NCBI GenBank assembly: GCA_964614945.1
Contig: CAZTNW010000002.1
Span: forward strand, 43,959-107,958
Direction: 5' to 3'
Source: an uncultured bacterium
Lineage (GTDB): Bacteria; Caldisericota; JANLFM01
DNA length: 64,000 nucleotides
The notes beneath the pieces were generated by a model. The model saw only the letters and a program-made list of their open reading frames with translations. It was not told the origin of the DNA and did no database searches. Positions 18,258 through 27,261 of the stretch are shown in pieces. The position numbers and the translations under genes were made by a program. Position 1 is the stretch's first letter; each line of letters starts with the position of its first letter.

Positions 18258-19664
18258 TTAGATGTGCTGGACCCTCTGATAGTTCGGTTGTTTGCTGCGC
18301 TCTTTTCTCCGCATTTTAAGATAGAGGGCACATTCCATTCTTTTGCGGATAAGCAGGCAGCTCAATCGTTCGGGCTTCCGCAAATTACCACTCAGCAGAT
18401 GGGCGTTCGCGTGGCAACCCCCGGAGCAGAGATAACGAGCCCAGCAGGAGGGGCAATCCTCATTCTCTAAAAAACTCAGGTGCCGAAACTCCTCCTGGAT
18501 TTCCGGCTGCATTACACCTGCCTGCACCGTACCGAGCAGGAAGCCCTCTCTGCCCACGAACTGATGACAGGGATAGAGCTGGCCAGAGGGGGTCACAGCC
18601 ATGTACTCGTTGCCAGCGCCGCAACCGCTCAGCCTTTTGGATAGACAGGAGAGTCCCGCGGTGTCCACCTCGAAGTGGAAAAAACGTAAGGGCCTCCCCT
18701 CCTCCTCGCGCCTGTCAATCGCGCACACTAAATCCTCATATTGCCGCAAAAGATAGGGGAGGTGCTCTTCCCGCAAAGCGTAGGGCTCCCCGGGAAGAGC
18801 GACCACCGGCTCCATGGAGATCTCGCAGTAGCCAAGGTCATGCAGGTAGAGGGCGTTTTCCAGGAAATTCAAGGTCCAGGCTGTATAGGTCCCCCTGAGA
18901 TAGTAATTTTCATTTCTCCGCCCGGCGAGAAAATCGCGGATCCGCCGGAGCACGACCTCATGTGAACCTGATCCATTTTTCAGCTTTCTCAGCCGGTTAT
19001 GGTCCGCGGCCCTTCCATCAATGGAGAGGACGACGCGCATGCTCTCCCGGTCGAGAAAATCATTCGTCTCCCGATCAAGCAGAAGGCAATTGGTGGTAAG
19101 GGTGAACCGAATCTCCTTACCCACACTGTGGGCTTTCTCCCTGCCGTACTCCACGGCGCTTTTGAGCACCTCAAAATTCAGCAAGGGCTCTCCGCCGAAA
19201 AAATCCACTTCCAGGCGATTGAGTGCTCCGGAGTTCCACAACAGAAAATCTATCGCCTGCTGCGCTACCTCCAATGGCATTAAATCCCGCTCCCCGCGGA
19301 AGGTTCCGCTTGCGGCAAAGCAGTATCCGCAGCGCATATTGCAATCATGCGCCAGATTCAGGCAGAGTGCTTTGAGGTAAGGGATGGGGGGAGGTCTCAG
19401 GGTGAGAGCAGGGTCAAGATTGAGGAGCTTGCCGGAAGCATGATAACTCTCCAGCTCCTCCTTCGCCCTCCAGACCTCATCGCCATATTCAGCTTCGAGG
19501 AGGGAGAGGGCTTCCGCCGTCTCGCATTTCCTGCCATAAGATAAAAAGGCATAAGCTACCGGTGAAAGGGAGAAGAGCGAGGATGAAGCCACATCGAAGA
19601 GAAGGAAGCGGCCTCCGAGCTGAAAAAGGTGGAGCTGCCCCTCATCCCAGGGAAGGGGGAGCAT
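18258..19664 (-). CDS. scfB: Radical SAM/SPASM thioether-forming SCIFF (ranthipeptide) maturase
   Basis: KALCLNLAHDCNMRCGYCFA, DFFGGEPLLN, SPASM cysteines GCGAG..PCHQF..CPSCWARYLCSGGC. Likely start ATG 19664, just after the precursor stop. Confidence 0.92.
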   Translation of the reverse strand: MLPLPWDEGQLHLFQLGGRFLLFDVASSSLFSLSPVAYAFLSYGRKCETAEALSLLEAEYGDEVWRAKEELESYHASGKLLNLDPALTLRPPPIPYLKALCLNLAHDCNMRCGYCFAASGTFRGERDLMPLEVAQQAIDFLLWNSGALNRLEVDFFGGEPLLNFEVLKSAVEYGREKAHSVGKEIRFTLTTNCLLLDRETNDFLDRESMRVVLSIDGRAADHNRLRKLKNGSGSHEVVLRRIRDFLAGRRNENYYLRGTYTAWTLNFLENALYLHDLGYCEISMEPVVALPGEPYALREEHLPYLLRQYEDLVCAIDRREEEGRPLRFFHFEVDTAGLSCLSKRLSGCGAGNEYMAVTPSGQLYPCHQFVGREGFLLGTVQAGVMQPEIQEEFRHLSFLENEDCPSCWARYLCSGGCHANAHLLSGNLRKPERLSCLLIRKRMECALYLKMRRKERSKQPNYQRVQHI

Positions 19665-19678
19665 CTCGCTTAATCGGG

Positions 19679-19852
19679 TTACCTTTCCGGGGTTAACCGC
19701 TCGCAGACTTGATTTGCCAGAGTGCAACTTGTTTTACATGCGGACTGACAGGAGGAAGCGCAATCGCGGCAATCCCAAACTCTCTGGAGATCCTGCTCCG
19801 GAGAGTCGACCAATTTTACGTGTTTTGCTTGATCCTGATCTTTGTGCATCAT
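19679..19852 (-). CDS. scfA: Six-cysteine ranthipeptide (SCIFF) precursor
   Basis: KHVKLV...CRDCASSCQSACKTSCTLANQVC matches the SCIFF core C..C...CQSACKTSC......C. GAGGTG RBS lies 6 nt before ATG 19852. Confidence 0.93.
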   Translation of the reverse strand: MMHKDQDQAKHVKLVDSPEQDLQRVWDCRDCASSCQSACKTSCTLANQVCERLTPER

Positions 19853-20037
19853 AGTTATCACCTCGAAATCCAGAGGTTAATTGTATCATAGTGTTATCTA
19901 TTGCCACAAGATCGATCCTCTCAACACCAGGGTAGTAAAACCTCCTCCCTTTCTCCCCTCATCAGGGGAACCTGTTAGCGGAATTACACTATCGCGGCTC
20001 CTGTTATAGAATGAAAGAGAGGAGGACGAAGATAAGC

Positions 20038-20487
20038 ATGAATACAATCGAATTGTTGGAGACTGCTATCTATAAAGAGGCGGCCGCTTTCGATTTTTAT
20101 CACGAAGTGGAGGAGCGAGTACAGAATCCCAAGGGAAAACACATTTTTCGCAAGCTGAAAGGGGAGGAGCGAGAACACAGGAAAATACTCGAAGGCTGGT
20201 TCCAGAAACAGACTAGTAAGGTTTTTTGCTTCGAATCCAATAAGAAGGGATGTCTCTTTCGTTTTCCTGAGAAGTTCGTACTCACGCAAAGTACAGCCTT
20301 AGAGGCCTTGAGCGTGGGGATCCAATCGGAAAAGGATTCGGTTAACTTCTATTCATCCTGGATGAAACAGGTGGAAGACTGCGAAATGAAGAAAATGCTC
20401 GAAGACCTGGCCCGGTTTGAGGAAGAACATTTTCTTCGTCTACGAAAGGAGTACGACGCGGTCTTAAACGACTTTTATTGGATTTAA
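20038..20487 (+). CDS. Ferritin-like / rubrerythrin-family diiron protein
   Basis: Duplicated E...ExxH pattern (AIYKE...EEREH; GIQSE...FEEEH); GAGGAGG RBS. Confidence 0.85.
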   Translation: MNTIELLETAIYKEAAAFDFYHEVEERVQNPKGKHIFRKLKGEEREHRKILEGWFQKQTSKVFCFESNKKGCLFRFPEKFVLTQSTALEALSVGIQSEKDSVNFYSSWMKQVEDCEMKKMLEDLARFEEEHFLRLRKEYDAVLNDFYWI

Positions 20488-20546
20488 ATATCTCCGTCGC
20501 TCTGACCGCCCTTCCTCCTATAAGAACAAAGAGGACGGAAGCTATT

Positions 20547-20555
20547 TGTTACAAT
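20547..20555 (+). promoter_or_regulatory. Extended -10 promoter (TGnTACAAT) 7 nt before the dNK start codon
   Basis: tgttacaat followed by agaggtt-GTG. Confidence 0.5.
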
Positions 20556-20562
20556 AGAGGTT

Positions 20563-21177
20563 GTGGCTGAGGAAAGAAAAAACTTTCATATCTCTGTAGA
20601 AGGTCCCATCGGCGTCGGAAAGACTTCGCTGACCATTTTGCTATCCTGGGAAATGAATCTGAAAGCCTTTTTCGAGCCGGTGGATTACAATCCCTATCTG
20701 GCGGATTTTTATTCCGATATGCAACGCTTTGCCTTCCCAGCTCAATTGTACTTCCTCGTGCAGAGGTTTCGTAAACAGCTCCGGCTGCAAAACCTGAAGA
20801 GAACACGATCCGTTATCTCGGATTTCTATTTTCTGAAGGATCAAATCTTCGCCCAGATGAACCTCTCGGAGAAAGATAAAGAGCTGTACGACCGCATTAT
20901 CGGCGAGATGCTCCCCTTCACGGAGGAGCCGGACCTCATCATCTACCTTGATGCTCCATTGCCCGTATTGATGGAAAGAATACATCGTCGGAGCAGGCAA
21001 GCTGAGCGGTTGATTTCTGAGGATTACGAGGATAAGGTGGCGGAAAATTACAAGAATTTTTTCCGCGGCTTCCAGCACGCCCCGCTTCTACCTGTGGATA
21101 CCACCTTCCTGGATTTCGTCAATCGGGAAAATGACAAAAAAGTTATTTTGCAAATCATCCGCGGAGCATTGAAGTGA
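20563..21177 (+). CDS. Deoxynucleoside kinase (dGK/dAK family)
   Basis: EGPIGVGKT, NPYLADFYSD, IYLDAP, RIHRRSR. Confidence 0.9.
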   Translation: MAEERKNFHISVEGPIGVGKTSLTILLSWEMNLKAFFEPVDYNPYLADFYSDMQRFAFPAQLYFLVQRFRKQLRLQNLKRTRSVISDFYFLKDQIFAQMNLSEKDKELYDRIIGEMLPFTEEPDLIIYLDAPLPVLMERIHRRSRQAERLISEDYEDKVAENYKNFFRGFQHAPLLPVDTTFLDFVNRENDKKVILQIIRGALK

Positions 21178-21827
21178 AGGCCTCCCCGTCCCTGGCTCCG
21201 TTAATAGCCGTCTCCGGAAATATCTCCGCAGGAAAGTCCACCCTCGCCGAGATTCTGGCGGTCCGTTGGAAATGGGAGCTTTTTAAGGAACCGGAGATTT
21301 CCAACCCTTATCTGGTAGATTTTTACAGGGAACAGGAGCGCTGGGCTCTCCATTCGCAGATCTTCTTCCTGTTAGAAAGGTTCCGGGGCCATCTTTCCCT
21401 GCAGCAGCAAGGAAAGCCAGCCATTCTGGATCGAACTATTTACGAGGACGCCGAGGTCTTTGCCTACCTCCTTCTGGACTCCCGCGACTGGAAGACATAC
21501 AGACATTATTATTATTATGCGCTCAGGCGCTTGCGCCAGCCCGCGCTGGTCGTTTACCTGCGCGCCTCGGCAGAAACCTTGCTTGAACGGTTGCGCCTCC
21601 GCGGTCGTTCCTATGAGAAGAACGTCTCTTTGGAGTATCTCGCCAAGCTAAACGAAAGATACGACCAGTGGGCCCTCAGGTTCCGCCGCGCCCCCCTTTT
21701 GACCATCGAGACAGATCACCTGAACTTCGCACATTCACTCGATGACCTGGAGGTCGCCATCCAGCAAATCGAACGGACACTGGATCAACAGGAGACTCGC
21801 TCGCTTTTTACACCCTCTCGACCGTGA
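21174..21827 (+). CDS. Deoxynucleoside kinase (dCK/dAK family)
   Basis: SGNISAGKST, NPYLVDFY, DRTIYED, RGRSYE. Confidence 0.9.
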   Translation: MKASPSLAPLIAVSGNISAGKSTLAEILAVRWKWELFKEPEISNPYLVDFYREQERWALHSQIFFLLERFRGHLSLQQQGKPAILDRTIYEDAEVFAYLLLDSRDWKTYRHYYYYALRRLRQPALVVYLRASAETLLERLRLRGRSYEKNVSLEYLAKLNERYDQWALRFRRAPLLTIETDHLNFAHSLDDLEVAIQQIERTLDQQETRSLFTPSRP

Positions 21828-21857
21828 TAAAATCGGGAAAGTACACTTGAGAGGATT

Positions 21858-23408
21858 TTGTTTGGTTTGACTAAACCTGAGATTGTGGATGATCTGGCCG
21901 AACTGCTGGATGTCCTACCGCCTCCAATCCGGCAGAATCTGGATCAGCTAGATCAGCTTTCAGATTTGATCGAGGTCGTGCTCGACTTGGGCAGGGTCCC
22001 CGAGGCTCGCTTTCCCGATAGCTTTTTCTATCTGAGCGACACCGCCGTGACCCAGGAGGAGATCGACTGCGTGGTGAAAAGGGTGGGGCATTTCGGGCCA
22101 GATCACCGCGCCGGCATTACCCGGACACTTCATCGGATCTCCTCTTTCGTTAACCGCAAGGGTGAGGTGATCGGCCTGACCTGTCGCGTGGGGCGCGCTG
22201 TTTTCGGTACGGTCGATATAATTCGGGACGTGGTGGAATCTGGGAAAAGCATCCTCCTTTTGGGGAGGCCGGGAGTGGGAAAAACCACCATGCTGCGAGA
22301 GGTAGCAAGGGTGCTGGCGGATGAACTGAAAAAGAGGGTGATCGTGGTAGACACTTCCAACGAGATCGCCGGGGACGGTGACATTCCCCATCCTGCAATC
22401 GGGCACGCCCGCCGGATGCAGGTCCCTACCCCAGACCTGCAGCACGAAGTGATGATAGAAGCGGTGGAAAATCACATGCCTGAGGTCATCATCATCGATG
22501 AGATCGGCCGCGAGCTGGAGGCGATGGCCGCCCGAACAATCGCTGAGCGAGGCGTACAGTTGGTAGCAACGGCGCACGGGAACACACTGGAAAACCTGAT
22601 CCAGAACCCCACTCTCTGTGATCTGGTCGGCGGGATCCAGGCTGTAACACTGTCTGACGAGGAAGCGCGCTTTCGCGGCACGCAGAAGACCGTACTAGAA
22701 AGAAGAGCTCCACCGACATTCCACATTCTAGTGGAGATCCACGATCGTGAGACCCTGACCATCCATCACGATGTTGCGGAGACGGTGGATCAACTGCTGC
22801 GTGATATCCTCCCTCAGCCCGAAGTCCGCTCTCGTTCCCCGCAAAAGGAGAAGGAGATGCGGGAAAGAATAGAGAGGGAGAGAGAGGAAGGGCAGGCGGA
22901 GGAGGAAAAAATAAGAAGTCAATTAGAAGAGTTCCCTCCCCGGGCTACAATTCACATCTATCCTTTCGCCATTTCCCGAAACCGCCTGGAGCGGGCTATC
23001 CAGGACATGAGCCTTCCTGCCCAAATTACGCGCAACCTGCAGGAAGCTCAGGCCGTGGTGACCGTGAAATCTCAGGAGAAGAGACAGCCCTACATTGTTA
23101 CACAGGCCGAGGAGCACGGTATCCCAGTCTATATCCTGCGCAATAATACCAGCGCTCAAATCCGATCATTTCTGCGGAGGCTATACGGCCTGCCGGAGAG
23201 GGAATGGGATTACAAAGTAATGGAAAAAACCGAGGAGTTGATACTGAAGGTCATGCGGACCCACCAGCCTGTGGAACTTCCCCCGGAGCCAACGCCGATT
23301 AGAAGATTGCAGCATCAAATGGCGGAGAGGTACGGCTTGCGCTCAGAGAGCCGGGGCGAGGAGCCGTATCGTCGCGTGGTAATTTTTCCTCATTCGTCTA
23401 AGCCATGA
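21858..23408 (+). CDS. AAA ATPase with C-terminal R3H domain (Ycf45-like)
   Basis: [34 protein letters not shown]-terminal RRLQHQMAE (R3H). Confidence 0.88.
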   Translation: MFGLTKPEIVDDLAELLDVLPPPIRQNLDQLDQLSDLIEVVLDLGRVPEARFPDSFFYLSDTAVTQEEIDCVVKRVGHFGPDHRAGITRTLHRISSFVNRKGEVIGLTCRVGRAVFGTVDIIRDVVESGKSILLLGRPGVGKTTMLREVARVLADELKKRVIVVDTSNEIAGDGDIPHPAIGHARRMQVPTPDLQHEVMIEAVENHMPEVIIIDEIGRELEAMAARTIAERGVQLVATAHGNTLENLIQNPTLCDLVGGIQAVTLSDEEARFRGTQKTVLERRAPPTFHILVEIHDRETLTIHHDVAETVDQLLRDILPQPEVRSRSPQKEKEMRERIEREREEGQAEEEKIRSQLEEFPPRATIHIYPFAISRNRLERAIQDMSLPAQITRNLQEAQAVVTVKSQEKRQPYIVTQAEEHGIPVYILRNNTSAQIRSFLRRLYGLPEREWDYKVMEKTEELILKVMRTHQPVELPPEPTPIRRLQHQMAERYGLRSESRGEEPYRRVVIFPHSSKP

Positions 23409-24055
23409 GGGGAATTTTTATCACTTTCGAGGGGATTGATGGCTGCGGGAAAAGCACTCAGACCCGCCTTCTTGCCTGCGAGCTGGAAAAGCTCGGATAC
23501 GAAATCGTCCTCACGCGAGAGCCGGGAGCTACCCCTGTTGGCCGACAAATTTCCTCCATCCTCTTGGACGGGAAAAACAGGGATCTCTGTCCATTGGCGG
23601 AAGCTCTGCTTTTCGCTGCCGACCGGGCGCAGCACGTGGAGAAGATAATCAGGCCGGCATTAAAGAGAGGCAAAATCGTCATTTCCTCCCGCTACATCGA
23701 CTCCTCGCTGGCTTATCAATCCTGGGGGCACGGACTGCCTCGTCAGGACGTTGAAAGCATCAATATTCTGGCCACAGGAAACCTCTGGCCGGATCTCACG
23801 ATCGTGCTAGATATTGCACCCGCACTCGGACTAGAGCGAAGCGGAAAGGACCGGATAGAATCGGAGGGCTTGGTCCTGCAGGAGAAAGTAAGAGGGGCCT
23901 ACCTTGCACTGGCCGTTCTCTATCCGGAGAGGATCCGTATAGTTTCGGCTCATGGCCGAGAAAAAGAAGTCTTTTCCCACGTCTGGCAATGGATTTCTCT
24001 TTTCTTGAACAATCAGTCTCGAGAATCCTTAGGAAATTCGAGGAGAAGAAGATGA
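23405..24055 (+). CDS. tmk: Thymidylate kinase
   Basis: [36 protein letters not shown]. Confidence 0.95.
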   Translation: MRGIFITFEGIDGCGKSTQTRLLACELEKLGYEIVLTREPGATPVGRQISSILLDGKNRDLCPLAEALLFAADRAQHVEKIIRPALKRGKIVISSRYIDSSLAYQSWGHGLPRQDVESINILATGNLWPDLTIVLDIAPALGLERSGKDRIESEGLVLQEKVRGAYLALAVLYPERIRIVSAHGREKEVFSHVWQWISLFLNNQSRESLGNSRRRR

Positions 24056-24381
24056 AACTGGTGATTTCGGTCGTACAGGACAAGGACGCGGGTGGATTGC
24101 TCACCGCCTTGATGCAGAAAGGTTATCGAGCCACGAAGATGGCTTCCACAGGAGGGTTCCTGCGCGAGGGAAACTCTACTATTTTCCTGGGAATAGAGGA
24201 AGAAAAAGTAGAGGAGGTGATCGCCATCATCAAGGAACGCTGTCACATGCGCGAACAGTACATCAATCCGGCTCCCTACGCACCGTCTGCTCCAGGAACC
24301 TACATCCCCTACCCTATGAAAGTAGAGATCGGAGGGGCCATGATCTTCGTGATACCGATCGACCGCTGGGAAAGGGTTTAA
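24052..24381 (+). CDS. darA: Cyclic-di-AMP receptor, PII-like (DarA/PstA/YaaQ)
   Basis: [31 protein letters not shown]; sits between tmk and holB as in Bacillus. Confidence 0.92.
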   Translation: MKLVISVVQDKDAGGLLTALMQKGYRATKMASTGGFLREGNSTIFLGIEEEKVEEVIAIIKERCHMREQYINPAPYAPSAPGTYIPYPMKVEIGGAMIFVIPIDRWERV

Positions 24382-25367
24382 TGGGGTTCGCTGATATCAC
24401 CGGGCATCCGCGGGCGAAGTCCATTCTGAGGTCAGCGCTCAAGCGAAAACGGCCCTCTCATTCCTACCTGTTCTCTGGCCCGGAAGGGGTGGGCAAATGG
24501 CTTACCGCGGTTCGCTTCGCCCAGGCTCTGGCCTGCGCAGAGGGCGAGGAAGGGTGTGGTGCATGCACTTCCTGCCGCCAGGTGCAGGCTGGCTCTCACC
24601 CCGACGTCCATTTTCTCGCTTCTGAGGGTGAGAGCATAAAGATTGACAGGGTACGCCATTTGCAAGAGTTCAGCTGTCTCCAGCCAATTGTCGCCCCCTG
24701 GGTGGTTAATCTGATTGATGATGCTGATCGCCTTACTCCAGAGGCCGGCTCTTCACTGCTCAAAATCCTCGAGGAACCGCCCAGCTATGTAGTGAACATC
24801 CTTGTCTCTTCTCGCCCTCACCTGCTCCAGCCCACCATACTCTCGCGCTGCCAGGAAATAGTGTTTCAGTATTTGTCTTCAGATGAAATGGAACGAACCC
24901 TCAAGCAGCGTGGGACGGAACATGCCGAACTTCTATGCCGTTTGGCTGGAGGGAGAATCGGGGAGGCCCTGCGCTGGGGAGAGAAAGAAAACTGGAAAAG
25001 ACGTCAGCGATTCCTGGAGCTGGGACTCCAGCTGGTAAGCGGAAATGGTTCCCCTCTTTTAATTTCGGAAAGTATCCTCAAAGAGAGGAGGGGTGTCCTG
25101 GATTTCCTTCGCGTCCTTCTCTCCCTGTGGCGTGATTTTGTCGTACTATCCGCGCTCAGAACCGCCATCGCCGGCGAGGATTGTCGCCTGATAAACCTGG
25201 ATCAGGAGGAATGTATCCGCAAGATCGCTCATCAGCGCTCCCCCCTATCCTGGGGCGAGGGGGCGAGGGCGATAGAAGAGGCCACGGAATTGTCATTCAC
25301 TTCCGTGAACATGAGCATGGTGCTCCCGGTTCTATTGCTGAAACTGGAGGGCAGGGTCTCCCATTGA
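24381..25367 (+). CDS. holB: DNA polymerase III subunit delta'
   Basis: SYLFSGPEGVGK, zinc cysteines C..GC..C..C, HPDV, LLKILEEPP, TILSRC. Confidence 0.93.
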   Translation: MGFADITGHPRAKSILRSALKRKRPSHSYLFSGPEGVGKWLTAVRFAQALACAEGEEGCGACTSCRQVQAGSHPDVHFLASEGESIKIDRVRHLQEFSCLQPIVAPWVVNLIDDADRLTPEAGSSLLKILEEPPSYVVNILVSSRPHLLQPTILSRCQEIVFQYLSSDEMERTLKQRGTEHAELLCRLAGGRIGEALRWGEKENWKRRQRFLELGLQLVSGNGSPLLISESILKERRGVLDFLRVLLSLWRDFVVLSALRTAIAGEDCRLINLDQEECIRKIAHQRSPLSWGEGARAIEEATELSFTSVNMSMVLPVLLLKLEGRVSH

Positions 25368-25414
25368 CAGGCTTTACTCGGAAAGATATTCGATCATAGA
25401 GGAGGGAGAATTAC

Positions 25415-26248
25415 TTGCAACCAAAACAGGTTGTTGGCATAAGATTTCAAGAGGCTGGCCGTGTTCACATCTTTGACCCGGGCATCCTCCGTCTTTCCGT
25501 GGGAGATGAGGTGATCGTGGAAACTTCCCGGGGAGTGGAGATGGGTGCGGTTATTTATGGCCCGAGAGAATTGCTGCCCCAGGAGGCCTCCCAGCCGATT
25601 CATCGGGTAATCCGCAAGGCTACGCGCAAAGATCGGGAAAGGCTGGAAGAGAACAAGGAGGAGGAAAAGAGGGTCCTCCGCGTCTGCTCGGAGAAGATTA
25701 AAGAGCATCTTCTCTCGATGAACCTGGTCTCGGTTGAGTATCTGTTCGATCGATCCAAGTATATTTTTTATTTCACGGCCGAAAGCCGGGTAGATTTTCG
25801 GGAGCTCGTGCGCGATTTAGCCTCTGTGCTTCACAACCGGGTGGAACTCTGGCAGATCGGAGCGAGAGACGAAACCAAGGTCTTTGGCGGGCTGGGAATC
25901 TGCGGCAGGGCGCTCTGTTGCACAACTTTTCTCAAGGAATTCAACCCCGTAACTATCAAGATGGCCAAAGAGCAATCCCTGGCTTTAAACCCTTTGAAGA
26001 TCTCAGGAGTCTGCGGGCGTTTGATGTGTTGCCTTCGCTACGAGTATGAAACCTACCGTGAGGCCCGTTCTCATCTGCCCAAGGAAGGGTCGTCTGTAAT
26101 TACCCCTCAGGGGCGGGGCAGGGTAGTGGAAGTAAACGCTCTCAAGGAAACGGTGCTGATCGAGCTGGAGAATCAAGCACTAATAGAGTGCACTCCTCCT
26201 GAAATAAGAGGGGAGGGGAAAGACAAAATTGGCTCGGGTGAGAATTGA
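25415..26248 (+). CDS. ricT: PSP1-domain protein (YaaT/RicT)
   Basis: VIVETSRGVEMG, YFTAESRVDFRELVRDLA, GICGRALCC, ISGVCGRLMCCLRYE. Confidence 0.92.
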   Translation: MQPKQVVGIRFQEAGRVHIFDPGILRLSVGDEVIVETSRGVEMGAVIYGPRELLPQEASQPIHRVIRKATRKDRERLEENKEEEKRVLRVCSEKIKEHLLSMNLVSVEYLFDRSKYIFYFTAESRVDFRELVRDLASVLHNRVELWQIGARDETKVFGGLGICGRALCCTTFLKEFNPVTIKMAKEQSLALNPLKISGVCGRLMCCLRYEYETYREARSHLPKEGSSVITPQGRGRVVEVNALKETVLIELENQALIECTPPEIRGEGKDKIGSGEN

Positions 26249-26499
26249 GGACTCCCGCTGCCAGTCGAAGGTGAAGGAACCAATGGAACCACTCACTTCC
26301 TGTTCGCGACAGGCGGGAGGAAGAGTTCTTCGAGTGTTATGGCGGCTTCCCGGCCGGGAAATCTTTTATCCGTTACTGCAAGAGGGGATCCCGGAGAGAC
26401 AATTGAAAGGACGCGCTGCGTAGTAAAATAGTTTTTCAAAAAGAAAGATAGCCAGAAGGGGAGGCGGGGGAAGATGATGTACAACGTAGGTAATTTGTT

Positions 26500-26724
26500 A
26501 TGCCAATTTATGAGCATCGCTGCCAGAGATGCCCCGCCCGTCTCGAGCACCTGGTTGGCGTCGGCAGCGGTGTCAACGATCCGCGCTGTCCTTCTTGCCG
26601 ATCGCGCTCCGTGGAACGTTTGTTTTCTACCTTCCCCTTTTTCGACAGCTCCAACAGCTGGCGATCAAAAAATGGAGGTGAAGATAAGGCGAACAAGTCC
26701 CGGAAAGTCCTGGAAAAGAGGTAA
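26500..26724 (+). CDS. FmdB family zinc-ribbon protein
   Basis: MPIYEHRCQRC...CPSC...ERLFS. Confidence 0.85.
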   Translation: MPIYEHRCQRCPARLEHLVGVGSGVNDPRCPSCRSRSVERLFSTFPFFDSSNSWRSKNGGEDKANKSRKVLEKR

Positions 26725-26734
26725 AAGGCCCTAT

Positions 26735-26772
26735 AAAGCAAAAGGCCGGCGGGCGCCGGCCTTTTGCTTTTT
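26735..26772. terminator. Bidirectional intrinsic terminator
   Basis: aaagcaaaaggccggc-gggc-gccggccttttgcttt with T tracts on both strands, between convergent genes. Confidence 0.85.
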
Positions 26773-26912
26773 GGGAAAGCGGGGGAAACAAGGCAAGGGG
26801 TTTGTGAGGGCGGGGGGAGCCGCCCTCACACTAAGGAGGTGGGTGGTCAAATGGTATTATATACAGGTTGTCCTACAATTGCAATACTCCCTTGTAAATT
26901 TTTTTAAAGTAA

Positions 26913-27200
26913 TCACTGTACAAACTCCGGCCCCTTGTTGGATGGGGGTCGAGCGGGAAGATTGATCGGTCCGAATTGATTCTCGAAGCGGCGAATGTTC
27001 TCCTCAAGAGCGTGCAGGAAAGCTTTGGTATGTTGCGGGCTCATTACAATACGGGTGATAATCCTGATCAGCTCAGCTTCATCCGGGGTAGTCCTGCCGA
27101 AATCCACCACGAATTCGAAAGGGGTGTGCGAGATGCGCACCGTATTCGAATAAACGCCAGGTTTAACCTCTGGCGCGATCTCCACTTTAATCTCCTTCAT
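26913..27200 (-). CDS. DUF3467 domain protein
   Basis: GVYSNTVRISHTPFEFVVDF...RIVMSPQHTKAFLHALEENIRRFE. Confidence 0.85.
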   Translation of the reverse strand: MKEIKVEIAPEVKPGVYSNTVRISHTPFEFVVDFGRTTPDEAELIRIITRIVMSPQHTKAFLHALEENIRRFENQFGPINLPARPPSNKGPEFVQ

Positions 27201-27261
27201 CCTGAGGCTCCTTTCTCTAATTTTCTTAATCTTCCCTCATTACCCCGTAAAGCGAAAATGG

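Noticed and set aside
26803-26830. Second hairpin tgtgagggcgg/ccgccctcaca
   Set aside because: A real 11-bp stem but without a convincing U-tract; probably an auxiliary terminator and not distinctive.
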